The notes under the pieces were generated by a model that saw only the letters and a list, made by a program, of their open reading frames with translations, was not told where the DNA came from and did not search any database. Below are positions 25,088 to 37,778 of a stretch of 64,000 bases of DNA, piece after piece; positions within the stretch are counted from its first letter, which is position 1; every line of letters starts with the position of its first letter. A program made the position numbers and the translations under genes. Source of the stretch: Octopus vulgaris. Its lineage: Eukaryota. Location of the stretch: contig OX597827.1 in the NCBI GenBank assembly GCA_951406725.2, positions 78,802,001 through 78,866,000 on the forward strand. The letters run 5' to 3'.

Positions 25088-25462
25088 GTGGCACTCCATC
25101 AGTTATGATGATGAGGGTTCCAGTTGATCCGATCAAGGGAACAACCTGCTTGTGAAATTAATGTGTAAGTGGCTGAGCGCTCCACAGACACATGTACCCT
25201 TAACTTAGTTCTGGGAAAGATTCAGCATGACACAGAGTGTGACAAGGCTGGCCCTTTGAAATGCAGGTACAACAGAAACAGGAAGATTGAGAGAAAGTTG
25301 TGGTGAAAGAATACAGCAGGGTTCGCCCCTCCCCCTGCCTCAGCCTTGTGGAGCTTTAGGTGTTTTTGCTCAATAAACACTCACAATGCTTGGTCTGGGA
25401 ATTGAAATTGCGATCCTACAACTGCAAGTCCACTGCCCTCACTACTGGGCCATTGATCCTCC
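25088..25462 (-). mobile_element. tRNA-derived SINE (family D)
   Basis: Minus-strand A-box tggcccagtag and B-box gtttcaattccc-like; reverse complement of 26288-26614. Confidence 0.85.
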
Positions 25463-25929
25463 ACATATACAACCGATCGTGGCCGATGCCGGACCTCCCT
25501 GGCACCTGTGCAGGTGGAACGTAAATAGCACCCACTACACTCGCGGAGTGGTTGGCGTTAGGAAGGGCATCCAGCTGTAGAAACTCTGCCAGATCAGACT
25601 GGAGCCTGGTGCAGCCCCTGGCCTTACCAGACCCTGGTCGAACCGTCCAACCCATGCTAGCGCGGAAAACGGACGTTAAACGATGATGATGATGAACATG
25701 AGACATGTGCACACATACCCTTACCATCACTGTTCCTCTCCCTTATGTTCTTGAAGGTTTGCTGGATTGAGTAAAAGTTTGTAATTCTTTGAGGAATGAT
25801 TTCCTGTTTTACAGGACTTGTCCAAGTACTCACTGCCTCTTGGCCATTGCTTGCAAACACCTTTTCAGAAACTTAAAACAATACTCAAAATCCCTCGCTC
25901 CCTCTTCCAAAGTTCACATCCTTTTGGCT

Positions 25930-26100
25930 GCCATGATTAATGTTGGCTCAATGGAAGACTGGTCTTGCGAGACAGTTGAAATGCTAGAGCAGGGGCATGT
26001 GGGTGTGTACTGGGTGCAAGAGGTAAGATGGAGGCAGGGCCTCTACAAAACTCCTCGTGGGTAAGTAAGAGAGGTACAAACTCTTCTGTGTAGATAGCAG
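25930..26100 (+). mobile_element. RTE LINE fragment, start of the APE endonuclease domain (degenerate)
   Basis: INVGSM...EMLE...QEVRWR matches the N-terminal NVG/QE motifs of LINE AP endonucleases. Confidence 0.7.
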
Positions 26101-26287
26101 TGAAAGCATGGCTGGTATACACATACGTGCGCGCACACACGCACGCGCACACACACACGCGCACACACACACACATACACACACATATGTGTGTGTGTGA
26201 GTGTATACTCTTAGTCTTTTACTTGTTTCAGTCATTTGACTGTGGCCATGCTGGAGCACCGCATTTAGTCAAGCAAATATATATATG

Positions 26288-26614
26288 TGGAGGTGCAATG
26301 GCCCAGTGGTCATAGGATTGCGGTTTCAATTCCCAGACGACCAGGCGTTGTGTGTGTTTATTGATCTGGTTTGCGAACCCTGCTGTACTCTTTAACCAAA
26401 ACTTCCTCTCAGTCTTTCTTCCTGTTTCTGTTGTACCTGTATTTCAAAGGGCCAGCTTTGTCACACTCTGTGTCACGCTGAATCTCCCCAAGAACTATAT
26501 TAAGGGTACATGTGTCTGTGGAGTGCTCAGCCACTTGCATGTTAATTCCATGAGCAGGCTGTTCCGTTAATCGGATCAACTGGAACCCTCATCATCGTAA
26601 CTGAAGGAGTGCTA
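26288..26614 (+). mobile_element. tRNA-derived SINE (family D); another copy at 45567-46079 interrupted by a family A SINE (45765-45960)
   Basis: tggcccagtgg...gtttcaattccc head; shared body ending gatcaactggaaccctc. Confidence 0.85.
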
Positions 26615-26691
26615 TAGTGTATATATATATATTATTTTCCCTTTTCTTTTCCTTCTTTCGTACTACAATGCTCTTATATATACACACACAC

Positions 26692-26723
<32 letters not shown>

Positions 26724-26733
26724 GTATGTATAT

Positions 26734-26810
<77 letters not shown>

Positions 26811-26826
26811 CGTACATATATACATG

Positions 26827-26873
<47 letters not shown>

Positions 26874-27099
26874 GTACATATATACATGTATGTACATATA
26901 TATATATATACATATATATATGTGTATATATATATATATTTATATACATACATATATATATATATATACATACATATACATATATAAATATATACATACA
27001 TATATATATATATATATATACATACACACACATGCACACACACACACATGCACACACACACACATGCACACACACGCACACATATCATATAAAAAAGTA

Positions 27100-27590
27100 A
27101 ATGAGACATCCTTCAAAAGCTGAAAGTCTCTCCAACATTGCTACCAACACTCATCATTTGTACAAAATGGGGAAATTATTCCATCAGCATTGTCCAGACA
27201 ATGCTGACATAGAGCTGACAAGTCCCCTAAGGCTAGGAGGCCTCTGTACCAAACGCTCTGAGCCCAACCCCTCACCTTCTACAGAAGTCACTGTGACATC
27301 ATACGACAGTATTGTGATCCACCTTCCTTACTTTTGATTTGTGATGCTTTGCTCAGCATTACTCAGAAGAAAATCAAGGAAGGAAAAGACCCCATGATAT
27401 TCAAGTGATACCTGGACAAATTCCTCTTAGAAATACCTGACAGACCACAAACACTCACATACATTTTGGTGAACAGTGACATCTTATTTCTGTGGGCTTT
27501 GGTGTTCTAAAACTTGACTTAAAAGATTATTGCAGGCAGTACTATTAAGGTATGCATTGCCTGGGGCCAATAATGGACAAAACCTAAGTT
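27100..27590 (+). mobile_element. CR1-like LINE 3' fragment (degenerate RT C-terminus)
   Basis: Remnant IFK*YLDKFLLEIPDRP typical of CR1-group RT C-termini. Confidence 0.55.
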
Positions 27591-27849
27591 ATATATTAAA
27601 TATATTCATATAATGCATAACTGAAAATATCTACAAACACGTGTGTGTGTGTGTGTGTGTGTGATGCTCATTATGCTACATCAGCTTCCCCTGCTGGTAC
27701 ATATTTGGTTGGGTCATTATGATCTCATTCAGTTCTTACAGGGAATCGGTGCGTTTGGAGACAGTCTCTGCTACATGTCATTTTGGGTCTGTTTTCTACG
27801 GCTGGATGTCCTTCCTCTCACCATACGCATCACAGAGTATACTGGGTAC

Positions 27850-27900
<51 letters not shown>

Positions 27901-30105
27901 TCGTGTGTGTGTGCGTGCATTCATTATGTAGGAATATACATATACACACAACTATATATATAAACATATATATATATATAAACATATATATATATATATA
28001 AATCAAATGGAAATTGTAGTTGTGATACCTGTGCCGGTGGCACATAAAAAGCACCAACCGATCGTGGTCGTTGCCAGCCTCCCCTGGCACCTGTGCCAGT
28101 GGCATGTAAGAAGCACCCACTACACTCAAGGAGTGGTTGGCATTAGGAAGGGCATCCAGCTGTAGAAACTCTGCCAGATCAGACTGGAACCTGGTGCAGC
28201 CTCCTGGCTTCCCAGACCCCGGTCGAACCATCCAACCCATGCTAGCATGGAAAACGGATGTTAAACGATGATGATGATATATATATATATATATATATTT
28301 ACACACACACACCATCATTATCATTTAATGTCCATGTCCCATGCTGGTCTGGGTTGGATGGTTTGATAGGACCCCTGTGGATCTGAAGACTGCATCATGT
28401 CTGCTTTGGCATGGTGTCTATGGCTTGATGCCCTTCCTAATACTAAACATTTTACAGTGCTTTTTTCATGGCACCAGCACTAGTGAGGTTGCCATGCAGC
28501 CTGCAAAAATAAGAGCCCCTTCAACTAAGTGGGGTACATTAAGATTGATGGGCAGTTTAATGAGGGGTTTAGGATTAAGGTGGGGGTGACTAATGATGCC
28601 TGTATTGGTGCCTCCTCTTTTACCTCTGAACAGTTCAATTCCTTCCACTCTGCCCTTAATATCTCCATCCCCATCTCCACCACCTTCTGTTAACTTTATG
28701 AACATCTGTATCTCTATTGATTTCTCCACCCTTTCCGCTTCTGTCTTTTGCAAACCGACTGACTCCTCCCCACTCCTACTTTGGTTTCATCTCATCCCAC
28801 TCCACTCATCCCAAATCTGTTGTCCTCCTCTTACAATTCTCTCACCTCCACCACCTGTCTTACCATGACTTCCACTTTGATATTCAAATCAAATATTTAC
28901 TGCTTCAAACACAAGTCCTTTCAACAAACCATTGACACCTCCTGCCTTCAAGACCCCCCACCCCTTTGTTTATTAAACATCCTACCTCATACCTCCACCC
29001 TACCACCTTCCTTTTTCTCTCACCTGCCCCACCTCCCTCATGCATCATCCTATGTGACTTCTCTCTCCTCCAGCCTCACTCTGCTTCCTATTTCCCATTA
29101 CTTACCTGTACATTTTATCCTTTCTTCAGGTGTGAATATAATTTGCATAACACTCTGGTCCTTAACCCTTTGCATCTCACTCCATACCCTAACCTGGACC
29201 CTTTGCCTTCCCCTTCCCCCAAAATCATCACCACCCTATACAGACCTAACTCCTCCATTTTGCCATCATCATCATCATCATCATCATCAGTTGCATCATT
29301 TGGTAGTTTGTTGTCTATTGGAGGAACCAACCAGAAATGAAATTGACAGATGAGTTTAGTGAGCACCTTTTGAACATCTCACCTAGCAACACGATCATCC
29401 TCATCCATTGCTCATTACTTCAGTTCTTCTAGTCATACCTACCTGTCTCTCTCTTTATGCACTGTTATTTTACACCATTGTTCAATTGATTGGTGTTTGC
29501 ACCATGAATAACTGCCGGTCTTCTGTCTACCACACATACATAACGTACATCATCATCATCATCATCATCGTTTAACATCTGTTTTCCATGCTAGCATGGG
29601 TTGGACGGTTCAACTGGGGTCTGTGAAGCTGGAAGGCTTCATCAGGCCCAGTCTGATCTGGCAGTGTTTCTACGGCTGGATGCCCTTCCTAACGCCAACC
29701 ACTCCGTGAGTGTAGTGGGTACTTTTTATGTGCCACCCGCACAGTTTACGTGCCACACTTACGCATATATACTTATATATATATTTCCACCTCAGCATCC
29801 GAAACTCGGAGTTTTATCATGGCTACCGAATAATTGTCACATATTATATTTGGTCTCTTTCATTCTTCTGTTGTCTTACCATTTTTATCAATATATATAT
29901 ATATTTATGTATATATATATATATATATATATATACGCATAGGTGTAGGAGTGGCTGTGTGGTAAGTAGCTTGCTTACCAACCCCACATAGTTCTAGGTT
30001 CAGTCCCACTTTATGGCATCTTGGGCAAGTGTCTTCTACTGTAGCTTCGGGCCGACCAAAGCCTTGTGAGTGGATTTGGTAGACAGAAATGAAAGAAGCC
30101 TGTCG

Positions 30106-30141
<36 letters not shown>

Positions 30142-30147
30142 CGACAG

Positions 30148-30185
<38 letters not shown>

Positions 30186-30588
30186 TGTGTGTTTGTGTTT
30201 GCCTCCCCACCATCACTTGACAATCGATGTTTGTGTGTTTACGTCCCTGTAACTTAGCGGTTTGGCAAAAGAGACTGATAGAATAAGTACTAGGCTAGGC
30301 TTACAAAGATTAAGTCCTGGGGATGATTTGTTCGACTAAAGGCAGTGCTCCAGCATGGCTGCAGTCAAATGACTGAAATAAATAAAAGAATATATTTATA
30401 TATAAAATTAATATTTGTTTTTATGTTCAATCATAATAAAAACAATTCTACATTAATCTGATGGGTTACTCTGTACTTCACTTCTGTTGAGTACAAATCC
30501 TTAAAAATCCTTAAAAATGTTTTAGCCCGAAGGCCGTGGCCATGCTGGGGCACCACCGCTGATTTATCATTCTTCAACAAGAATAATG

Positions 30589-30633
30589 ACAGTAACTTTG
30601 AAGTTTCAGCTAATTAAGCCATCATCAGACTGT
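30589..30633 (-). ncRNA. Type I hammerhead ribozyme-like motif with canonical core
   Basis: Minus strand: acagt-CTGATGA-t-ggct-taatt-agct-GAAAC-ttcaaa-GTT-actgt; stems I (5 bp), II (4 bp) and III (actt/aagt) all form. Confidence 0.75.
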
Positions 30634-30736
30634 GATGCATTGAAGTTAATCTTGGCTTCATTACAGTCTCCGTTGAGTCAACACACATACACACACATAC
30701 ATGTATACGCATACACATTCATATATACATATGTGA

Positions 30737-31070
30737 AGGCACATGGCTCAGTGGTTCGAACGTCGGGATCACAATCATGAGGCAGTGAGTTCAATCCCTG
30801 GACCAAGCTCTGAGTTGTGTTCTTGAGCAAGACACTTTATTTCACATTGCTCCAGTTCACTCAGCTGTAGAAATGTGTTGTGACGTCACTGGTGCCAAGC
30901 TGTATCGGCCCCTTTGCCCTTCCCTTGGATAACATCAATGGTGTGGAGAGGGGAGGTTGGTATGCATGGGCGACTGCTGGTCTTCCATAAACAACCTTGC
31001 CCGGACTTATGCCTCGGAGGGTAACTTCCTTGGTACAATTCGATGGTCAATCACGACAGAAAGGGGTCTT
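30737..31070 (+). mobile_element. tRNA-derived SINE (family E); related heads at ~24640-24760, 38120-38260 and 43040-43270 (-)
   Basis: A-box tggctcagtgg, B-box gagttcaatccc, then cttgagcaagacactt. Confidence 0.75.
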
Positions 31071-31449
31071 TATTTCTGTTTAATTGGTTGCATCATAAGA
31101 ATTTAGAAACTTCAAGAAACATGAAATAATCTGTTTTTAACTTGAAGTGGATGAAGCTATGAATAGTAACATGGTAAATATTGTGTTAAAAAACCCTTTG
31201 GATGGAGAAAGATGAAGGCAGTTCATGGGACTCAAGCACACATCTGTGAACATGACAGATATTTTACAAGTTTTCTATCCAAAGGAGTTTTTAACCTAAT
31301 ATTTACATGCTACTATCTATAGCCTTATCTACTCCGAGTTCTACCATTATAAACTTATATATATATATATGTATAGATAGATAAAACTTACTTGGAAGAG
31401 GATGCGTAGCGTTCAATCATATAATAATATAAATAATATATATATATAT

Positions 31450-31785
31450 ATATATGTATATGCTTACATCTATACGTATATATATATATATGTATATGCT
31501 TACATCTATACGTATATATATATATATGTATATGCTACATCTATACGTATATATATATATGTATATGCTTACATCTATACGTATATATATATATATATAT
31601 ATAGTATATGTATATACTTACATCTATACGTATATATATGTATATATATATAGTATATGTATATACTTACATCTATACTTACATCTATACATATATATAT
31701 ATATATATATAGTATATGTATATACTTACATCTATACGTATATATATATATATATATATGTATATGTATATACTTACATCTATAC

Positions 31786-31820
<35 letters not shown>

Positions 31821-31845
31821 TATACTTACATCTATATGTATATGT
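31450..31845. repeat. Minisatellite with 'cttacatctatacg' core plus variable (TA)n
   Basis: About ten copies of tat[g/a]cttacatctatac separated by TA runs. Confidence 0.85.
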
Positions 31846-32178
31846 ATATGTGGGCACAGGACGTCACGAAATGTGTACAACAAATATGTCTGAAGCTCGA
31901 GTACATGGAACATGAACAATTCTTTCGAACAACGAAAGACACAAATGTAAAACAAAACAAAACAACACAAAGAACGACCCTTCATCAGTTGTTGGTTGTT
32001 TGCTTGAAATATGAGACTAGAAAAACAGCCAACAACTGATGAAGGATCGTTCTTTGTGTTGTTTTGTTTTGTTTTACATTTGTGTCTTTCGTTGTTCGAA
32101 AGAATTGTTCATGTTCCATGTACTCGAGCTTCAGACATATTTGTTGTACACATTTCGTGACGTCCTGTGCCCACATAT
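31846..32178. mobile_element. Near-perfect fold-back (palindromic) element in a TA microsatellite
   Basis: Arms 31846-32001 and 32023-32178 (156 bp each, two differences) with a 21-bp spacer. Confidence 0.9.
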
Positions 32179-32188
32179 GCATATACAT

Positions 32189-32243
<55 letters not shown>

Positions 32244-32716
32244 GATGTAAGTACGTACATATACGTATGTTGCCCTTTTTGTTGAGTGAAGGATCACTTG
32301 TACACTACATTTTATGGCATGGTTTTTGTAGTTAGATTGCCTTTCGAATGCCAACCACTTTACAGAGCATACTAGATGCTTCTTATGACAGCAGTGGAAA
32401 GATTGTCTTGGCCATGGTAAGACTAAAAAGTCTTTTTTACATTGTCTTCATTTCATAAGGTCAACTTGACCAAGACGGTGAGTGCAAGAAAGAGTGATGA
32501 AAGAGAAAGAACTGGGGCAAAAAGGTAATAGAAGGGAAGTTAAGACAGGGTGTGGGAATAGAGTGACAGGAGCAAGAAGTAATAGAAGAGAGATTAATGG
32601 GCAGCTAGATGTTGGTTGTTGGTAAGGAGATGGAATAAAAAAAAATAGTACAAGCAGTATGGAAGAGGAGGAGAAATTGGTGAGAGAGAGATGAATGGAA
32701 GAGGGAGTGTTGTGAT

Positions 32717-32779
<63 letters not shown>

Positions 32780-33749
32780 ATATAGGAATAATACATTTTT
32801 AGTACAGAATAGTATATTGATAATAACAATAAGGTTATTAAATATTTTAATGTAAATATTCTACTTATTTTACTTTATCTTTTTTAATTCTTTTTCTTTT
32901 TTGTTCTTTTCTTGGAAAATTTGAAGATTTTTCTGTACCTGTATATAAATAAAGGGACAGTTCCCTCATTTCTTCTCACTAACATTATTATTATTATTAT
33001 TATTACCAACACACAAATGTTGATAAGTAGTGAAAATGTTAAGTATAGCACATTAACTTTATGAAGTGAAAATACAGAGACATTCACGAAATCATAATTA
33101 CTGCATGTTTTTGATGACTCAACATTATAATGTTTTGCTTGGATGTGATTTCTAGACAAATCTCCCCTAACAGCACTGAAGCAGTTGTCAGCCATATTCA
33201 ACAGATGGTGACCATTTTTCTTTCAATCTTTGGCCCAATTCATTCCGATCATTAATCTGCGATTTAGGTCAGTTGATTGTCAAGACCAAACAGCTGTCAG
33301 TTCTCTTCACTTGCATTGTATTAAACAGGCCTTTCACGGCCGGAAGACAAGATTTACAGACCTATGTCTAGGAAGGACTCCTCTAAAGGGTCATGTTTGT
33401 TTAGCCCTAGGTCAGTATCCATTTAGCAGACCTATAAAGAGCATTTCTCATGATTGTTTTTTTTATTCACACAGGGTGTATATGAATGACTTTGTTATCT
33501 TTTGTGTCCTACATTTATGTCTTAAAACATGCAACCAATTAAAAATAGCAGCCAGGTTTCCCTCACATTACAGAATGCAGGAATGGCTGTGTGGTTAAGA
33601 AGTTCACTTTGTAGCCACGTGGTTTTGGGTTCAGTCCCAATGCTTGACACCTTGGGCAAGTTTCTTCGGCTATAGTCCCAGGGCTGACCAATGCCTTGCA
33701 AGTGAATTTAGTAGGTGGAAACTGTGTGGAAGCCATTGTGTGTGTATAT

Positions 33750-34500
33750 ACAGGGTGTTCAGGTTAAATTTGACAGTTTGTATAAAAGGAAAAGAAAAAA
33801 GCTATATCTCATCCAAAAAGAAAAATTTTTTTTTAAGAAATCCAAAAATGCCAACTCGATAACAGTTAGGTGATAACAATTTACTCTGAAGCCACCCTCA
33901 GCTTCTACCATGGCCTCAGGATGTCTAAGGAACCGGGTGTATATGTTCTTTACTGTGCCCCTGGGAAGATCTTTGATCTTGGCCACCAGCTCAGCCTTGC
34001 TGTTGCAGGCAGAGCAGTTGGTGTCTTTCTCAATTGTGCCCCTCACCCAGGAACCCATAGGATTACAATCAGGGGAATTAGAAAGCCTGAAAATTCATAG
34101 AAATTCACAGACAATTATTTCTGACTCTTTCCAGAGGTATGGCAAGGAGCTGAATCCTTCTGCCACACATGGCCCTCCAGCAGGAGCAGCAGCAGCAGCC
34201 CTCCCTCTCCAGCCAGGGTTTCACCACAATCTCCATCAGCTTCACTTTGTTATTTGAAGTGAGCCTAAAGCCCAGTTCCAAGATGTAGGGGTTGCATGAC
34301 AGCCCTCTCACTGGACCCCCACCCAAAGACCCTCACAGTCCAGTTCCCATAATGTCCATACCATGTCTTACAGCCTCCACAGAGTATTGGGCAGCAGTCA
34401 GGATGCCAGCATTGTAAATACCTGGTGCAAATCATCCTGATACAGGTAACTCTTTCCCAATATTCAGACGGCTTCCAGTCCTCCATGTCAGCCAATACGT
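33750..34500 (-). mobile_element. DD37D/maT-like transposon relic, with part duplicated in inverted orientation at 34651-34904
   Basis: TA-cagggtgttc terminus; peptides VRGTIEKDTN...ELVAKIK and VKPWLER. Confidence 0.75.
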
Positions 34501-35224
34501 ACACACATGTCTGTATGTATCTTTGTGTCTGTGTTTGCAATACCCACTCCATCCTCACCACTACTTAACAGCTGGTGTTGGTTTATTTATGTTCCCTTTA
34601 AGTTAGCAGTTTGGCAAAAGAGGCGAAAAAGTACAGACCAGATTTAATAAATTATGGGAACTGGACTGTGGGGGTCTTTAGGTGGGTGTCCAGTGAGAGG
34701 GCTGTCATGCAACCCCACATCTTGGAACTGGGCTTTAGGCTCACTTCAAAAGGCAAAGTGAAGCTGCTGGAGATTGTGGTGAAACCCTGGCTGGAGAGGG
34801 AGGGCTGCTGGAGGGCCATATGTGTGGCTGAAGGATTCAGCTCCTAGCCATACCTCTGGAAGGAGTCAGAAGTGATTGTCTGTGAATTTCTATGACTTTC
34901 AGGCATAAGTACAGGGGTTGATTTGTTCAGCTGAAATCCTTCAAGGTGGTGCTGCCATCTAGTGACTGAACCAAGGAAGAATACATTAGGCAACATAGTC
35001 CAATGATGTGGCATCAATATTGTTCTAGTAAAGCCTCTGTTCTTTATTGATCCCCAACAGCTGTTAAGAACTGATCACCTTTTGGCTCAAACATTTGACA
35101 TCTCTCACTTGTTGTATTTTTATATTTTGGTAAAAGCAAAACAAAACCTTGTACAAATTGTAATTGCAATCGAGCAAGGCTTGGAGTGAAATTTGCTGGA
35201 TTTTGTTTACTAGAAATGGTCCAA

Positions 35225-35541
35225 GGCGGCAAGCTGGCAGAAACATTAGCATGCTGGGCGAAATGCTTAGTGGTATTTCGTCTGCCGCTACATTCTGAGT
35301 TCAAATTCCGCCGAGGTCAACTTTGCCTTTTGTCCTTTCTGGGTCGATTAAATAAGTACCAGTTATGCACTGGGGTCGATATAATCGACTTAATCCATCT
35401 GTCTGTCCTTGTTTGTCTCCTCTGTGTTTAGCCCCTTGTGGGTAGTAAAGAAATAGGTATTTCGTCTGCCGCTATGTTCTGAGTTCAAATTCCACTGAGG
35501 TCTGTCCTTGTTTGTCCCCCTCTGTGGGCAGTAAAGAAATA
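35225..35541 (+). mobile_element. tRNA-derived SINE (family A) with partial internal duplication and imperfect TSD
   Basis: agaaatgg[t/c]ccaa at 35212-35224 and 35542-35554. Confidence 0.85.
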
Positions 35542-35629
35542 AGAAATGGCCCAATGCTAATCCAAAGAACCAATTTTCAGCACTGCAATTATACTAACAA
35601 TGAATGCCACTGATAAAACTGTCCTTAGT

Positions 35630-35940
35630 ATTTTATTTAGGGGCCACAAACACATATCATACGACCTTCCTTCTATAACTGAGTAGGGGTCAATAGGACA
35701 TACATCAGATGAGCACCTTCTCCTTATAACTAGTGAATACTAATTAGGGACCAAATGGGAGCCATTTAGGGGCTATGAAGATATGACTACCTTCCTCCTT
35801 ATGTCAATACTAGGGGAGCATGTAGGAACCATGAAAGCATACATCAAAAGACCACTTCGCCCCTATAATCAGTAATTACAAAATAGGGTTCAGTTAGGGG
35901 ACATAAAGACATGATATATGACCACTTATTCCTATAACTG
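35630..35940. repeat. Degenerate tandem repeat, ~55-75-bp units
   Basis: Recurrent 'accttc...tataac' and 'tagggg' motifs, about five times. Confidence 0.6.
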
Positions 35941-37019
35941 ATCATGGCCGGAATACCTTCAATCAGAGTTCTGCTGGATCCAGGCTGGCTTGGGGTTAAA
36001 TAACAAGAGAAATGTCAACAAAGGAAGCTTTGCATGGTTGTTTGGTTGCTCAGAAATAGCAGCCAAATCTCCTCGAAACTGCATCCATTATGTTGATGGA
36101 AAGAAGGAAGATTAGGTTGTGTACTTCTCTATATTCCTGGACAGAGGGTGGGGATGGCCACAGCTGGAATGTCTTTGATCATTGGTCTAACTTAGTCGGG
36201 GTTGTTGATACTAGGCTAAATATCCACAAGATCAATGACAACCATAGCGACAACAGACAATAACAACAACTACTACTACTACTACTACATCAACAAAAAG
36301 AACCAGTCAGTACAAACAATGGTTGTGCAGTTACCAACCACTGGTGGTAGTATGTGTCCTTCCCCCCACCACCGTCCTTTCTTCTTATTTCTTTCTTCTT
36401 TTGTCACTGTTTGACCATTAATGTCAGACTGACTGTGGCAGTGGTTTCCTCTCTTACAACAGATGTTGTGATGTGTCTGCTGGTCGACTGTTAACGGTTG
36501 GTGATTAACTGGCATTAATTGCTACTTCCTACTACACCACTGGCCACTGGTCACTTCCAATAAACTTGTCATGGGCAACAGATGCAGGAGCAGCAGTTCT
36601 TTCACTGACTTTTCCAACAATAAGTCTTTGTGGAAGCCATTTTCTCTTTTCTGTGTCACAACTTCACTCATCTTACATGAGAAGAAAAGCTTGCAAAGAT
36701 CTTGAAATTTACCCAGATTAATTGCTCGTTATTTCTTAAACTAATGATTATGTTTATTTCTCAAATGTTCAGTTTTAGTGGTTGTCGCCTTATTTGGATG
36801 TAAAATGAAATTAGTAGCTTGTGGATGTTGGCATCTGTGGCTTGTAATGTCTTTGTATCTTGGCATAATAAATATTCTCTTTTAATCTATCGGGCCCAAT
36901 GGCAGTAAAAGATTAAAAAAAAAAAGAGAGAGAGAGAGAATACAATAAAGGGATTGGAGTAGGGAAGGAATCGGTAGACATTGATTGAGAAGATCCGGCA
37001 AGTAAAGTGAGATCCCAGC

Positions 37020-37778
37020 CGTAGCCCACACCAGTGTCGCATAATCAGCCCCATTTAAAAAGTACCCTTGAATTGTCGGGCAACATTCCATGCTTGAGGA
37101 GACCCATGGAGTCAAGTAAAATCAAATCAAATGGAAATTTGTAGCTGTGGCTGATGCCAGTGCCACCTGACTGGCTCCCCGTGCTGGTGGCACACAATAA
37201 GCACCATGCATGCGTGGGTCATTGCCAGTGCTGCCTGACTGGCTCCCCATGCCGGTGGTACGTAAAAAGCACTATATGTATGTGGTCGATGCCAACCTCT
37301 CTGCCCCAACTGGCTCCTGTGCCAGTGGCACGTAAAAAGCACCATCCAAAAATGGCCGATTAAGGTGCCGCCTGACTGGCCCCCATGCTGGTGGCACATA
37401 AAAAGCACCATGCATGCGTGGGTCATTGCCAGTGCTGCCTGACTGGCTCCTCATGCCGGTGGCACGTAAAAAGCACTATATGAATGTGGTCAATGCCAAC
37501 CTCTCCGCCCCAATTGGTTCCTGTGCCAGTGGCATGTAAAAAGCACCATCCAAACATGGCCGATTAAGGTGCCGCCTGACTGGCCCTCATGCTGGTGGCA
37601 CATAAAAAGGCACCCACTACACTCTTGGAGTGGTTGGCGTTAGGAAGGGCTTCCAGCTGTAGAAACACTGCCAGTTCGGATTGGAGCCTGGTGTGACTTC
37701 CTGGCTTGCCAGTCCCCAGTCAAACTGTCCAACCCATGCCAGCATAGAAAACGGACGTTAAATGATGATGATGATGAT
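37020..37778 (+). mobile_element. Family C (RTE 3' UTR) copy with seven internal ~68-bp tandem units
   Basis: Motif copies at ~37181, 37249, 37319, 37385, 37453, 37523, 37589; (gat)n tail. Confidence 0.9.

Noticed and set aside
29941-30010. tRNA genes suggested by A/B boxes (also at other SINE heads)
   Set aside because: No complete cloverleaf; each continues into a multicopy SINE body.
32036-32115. Hammerhead within the palindrome arm (CTGATGA...CGAAAG)
   Set aside because: No convincing stem II, stem III or NUH/stem I pairing.
37140-37620. CRISPR-like repeat-spacer appearance
   Set aside because: Spacers are themselves duplicated, the array lies inside an RTE 3' UTR, the context is eukaryotic and there are no cas genes.
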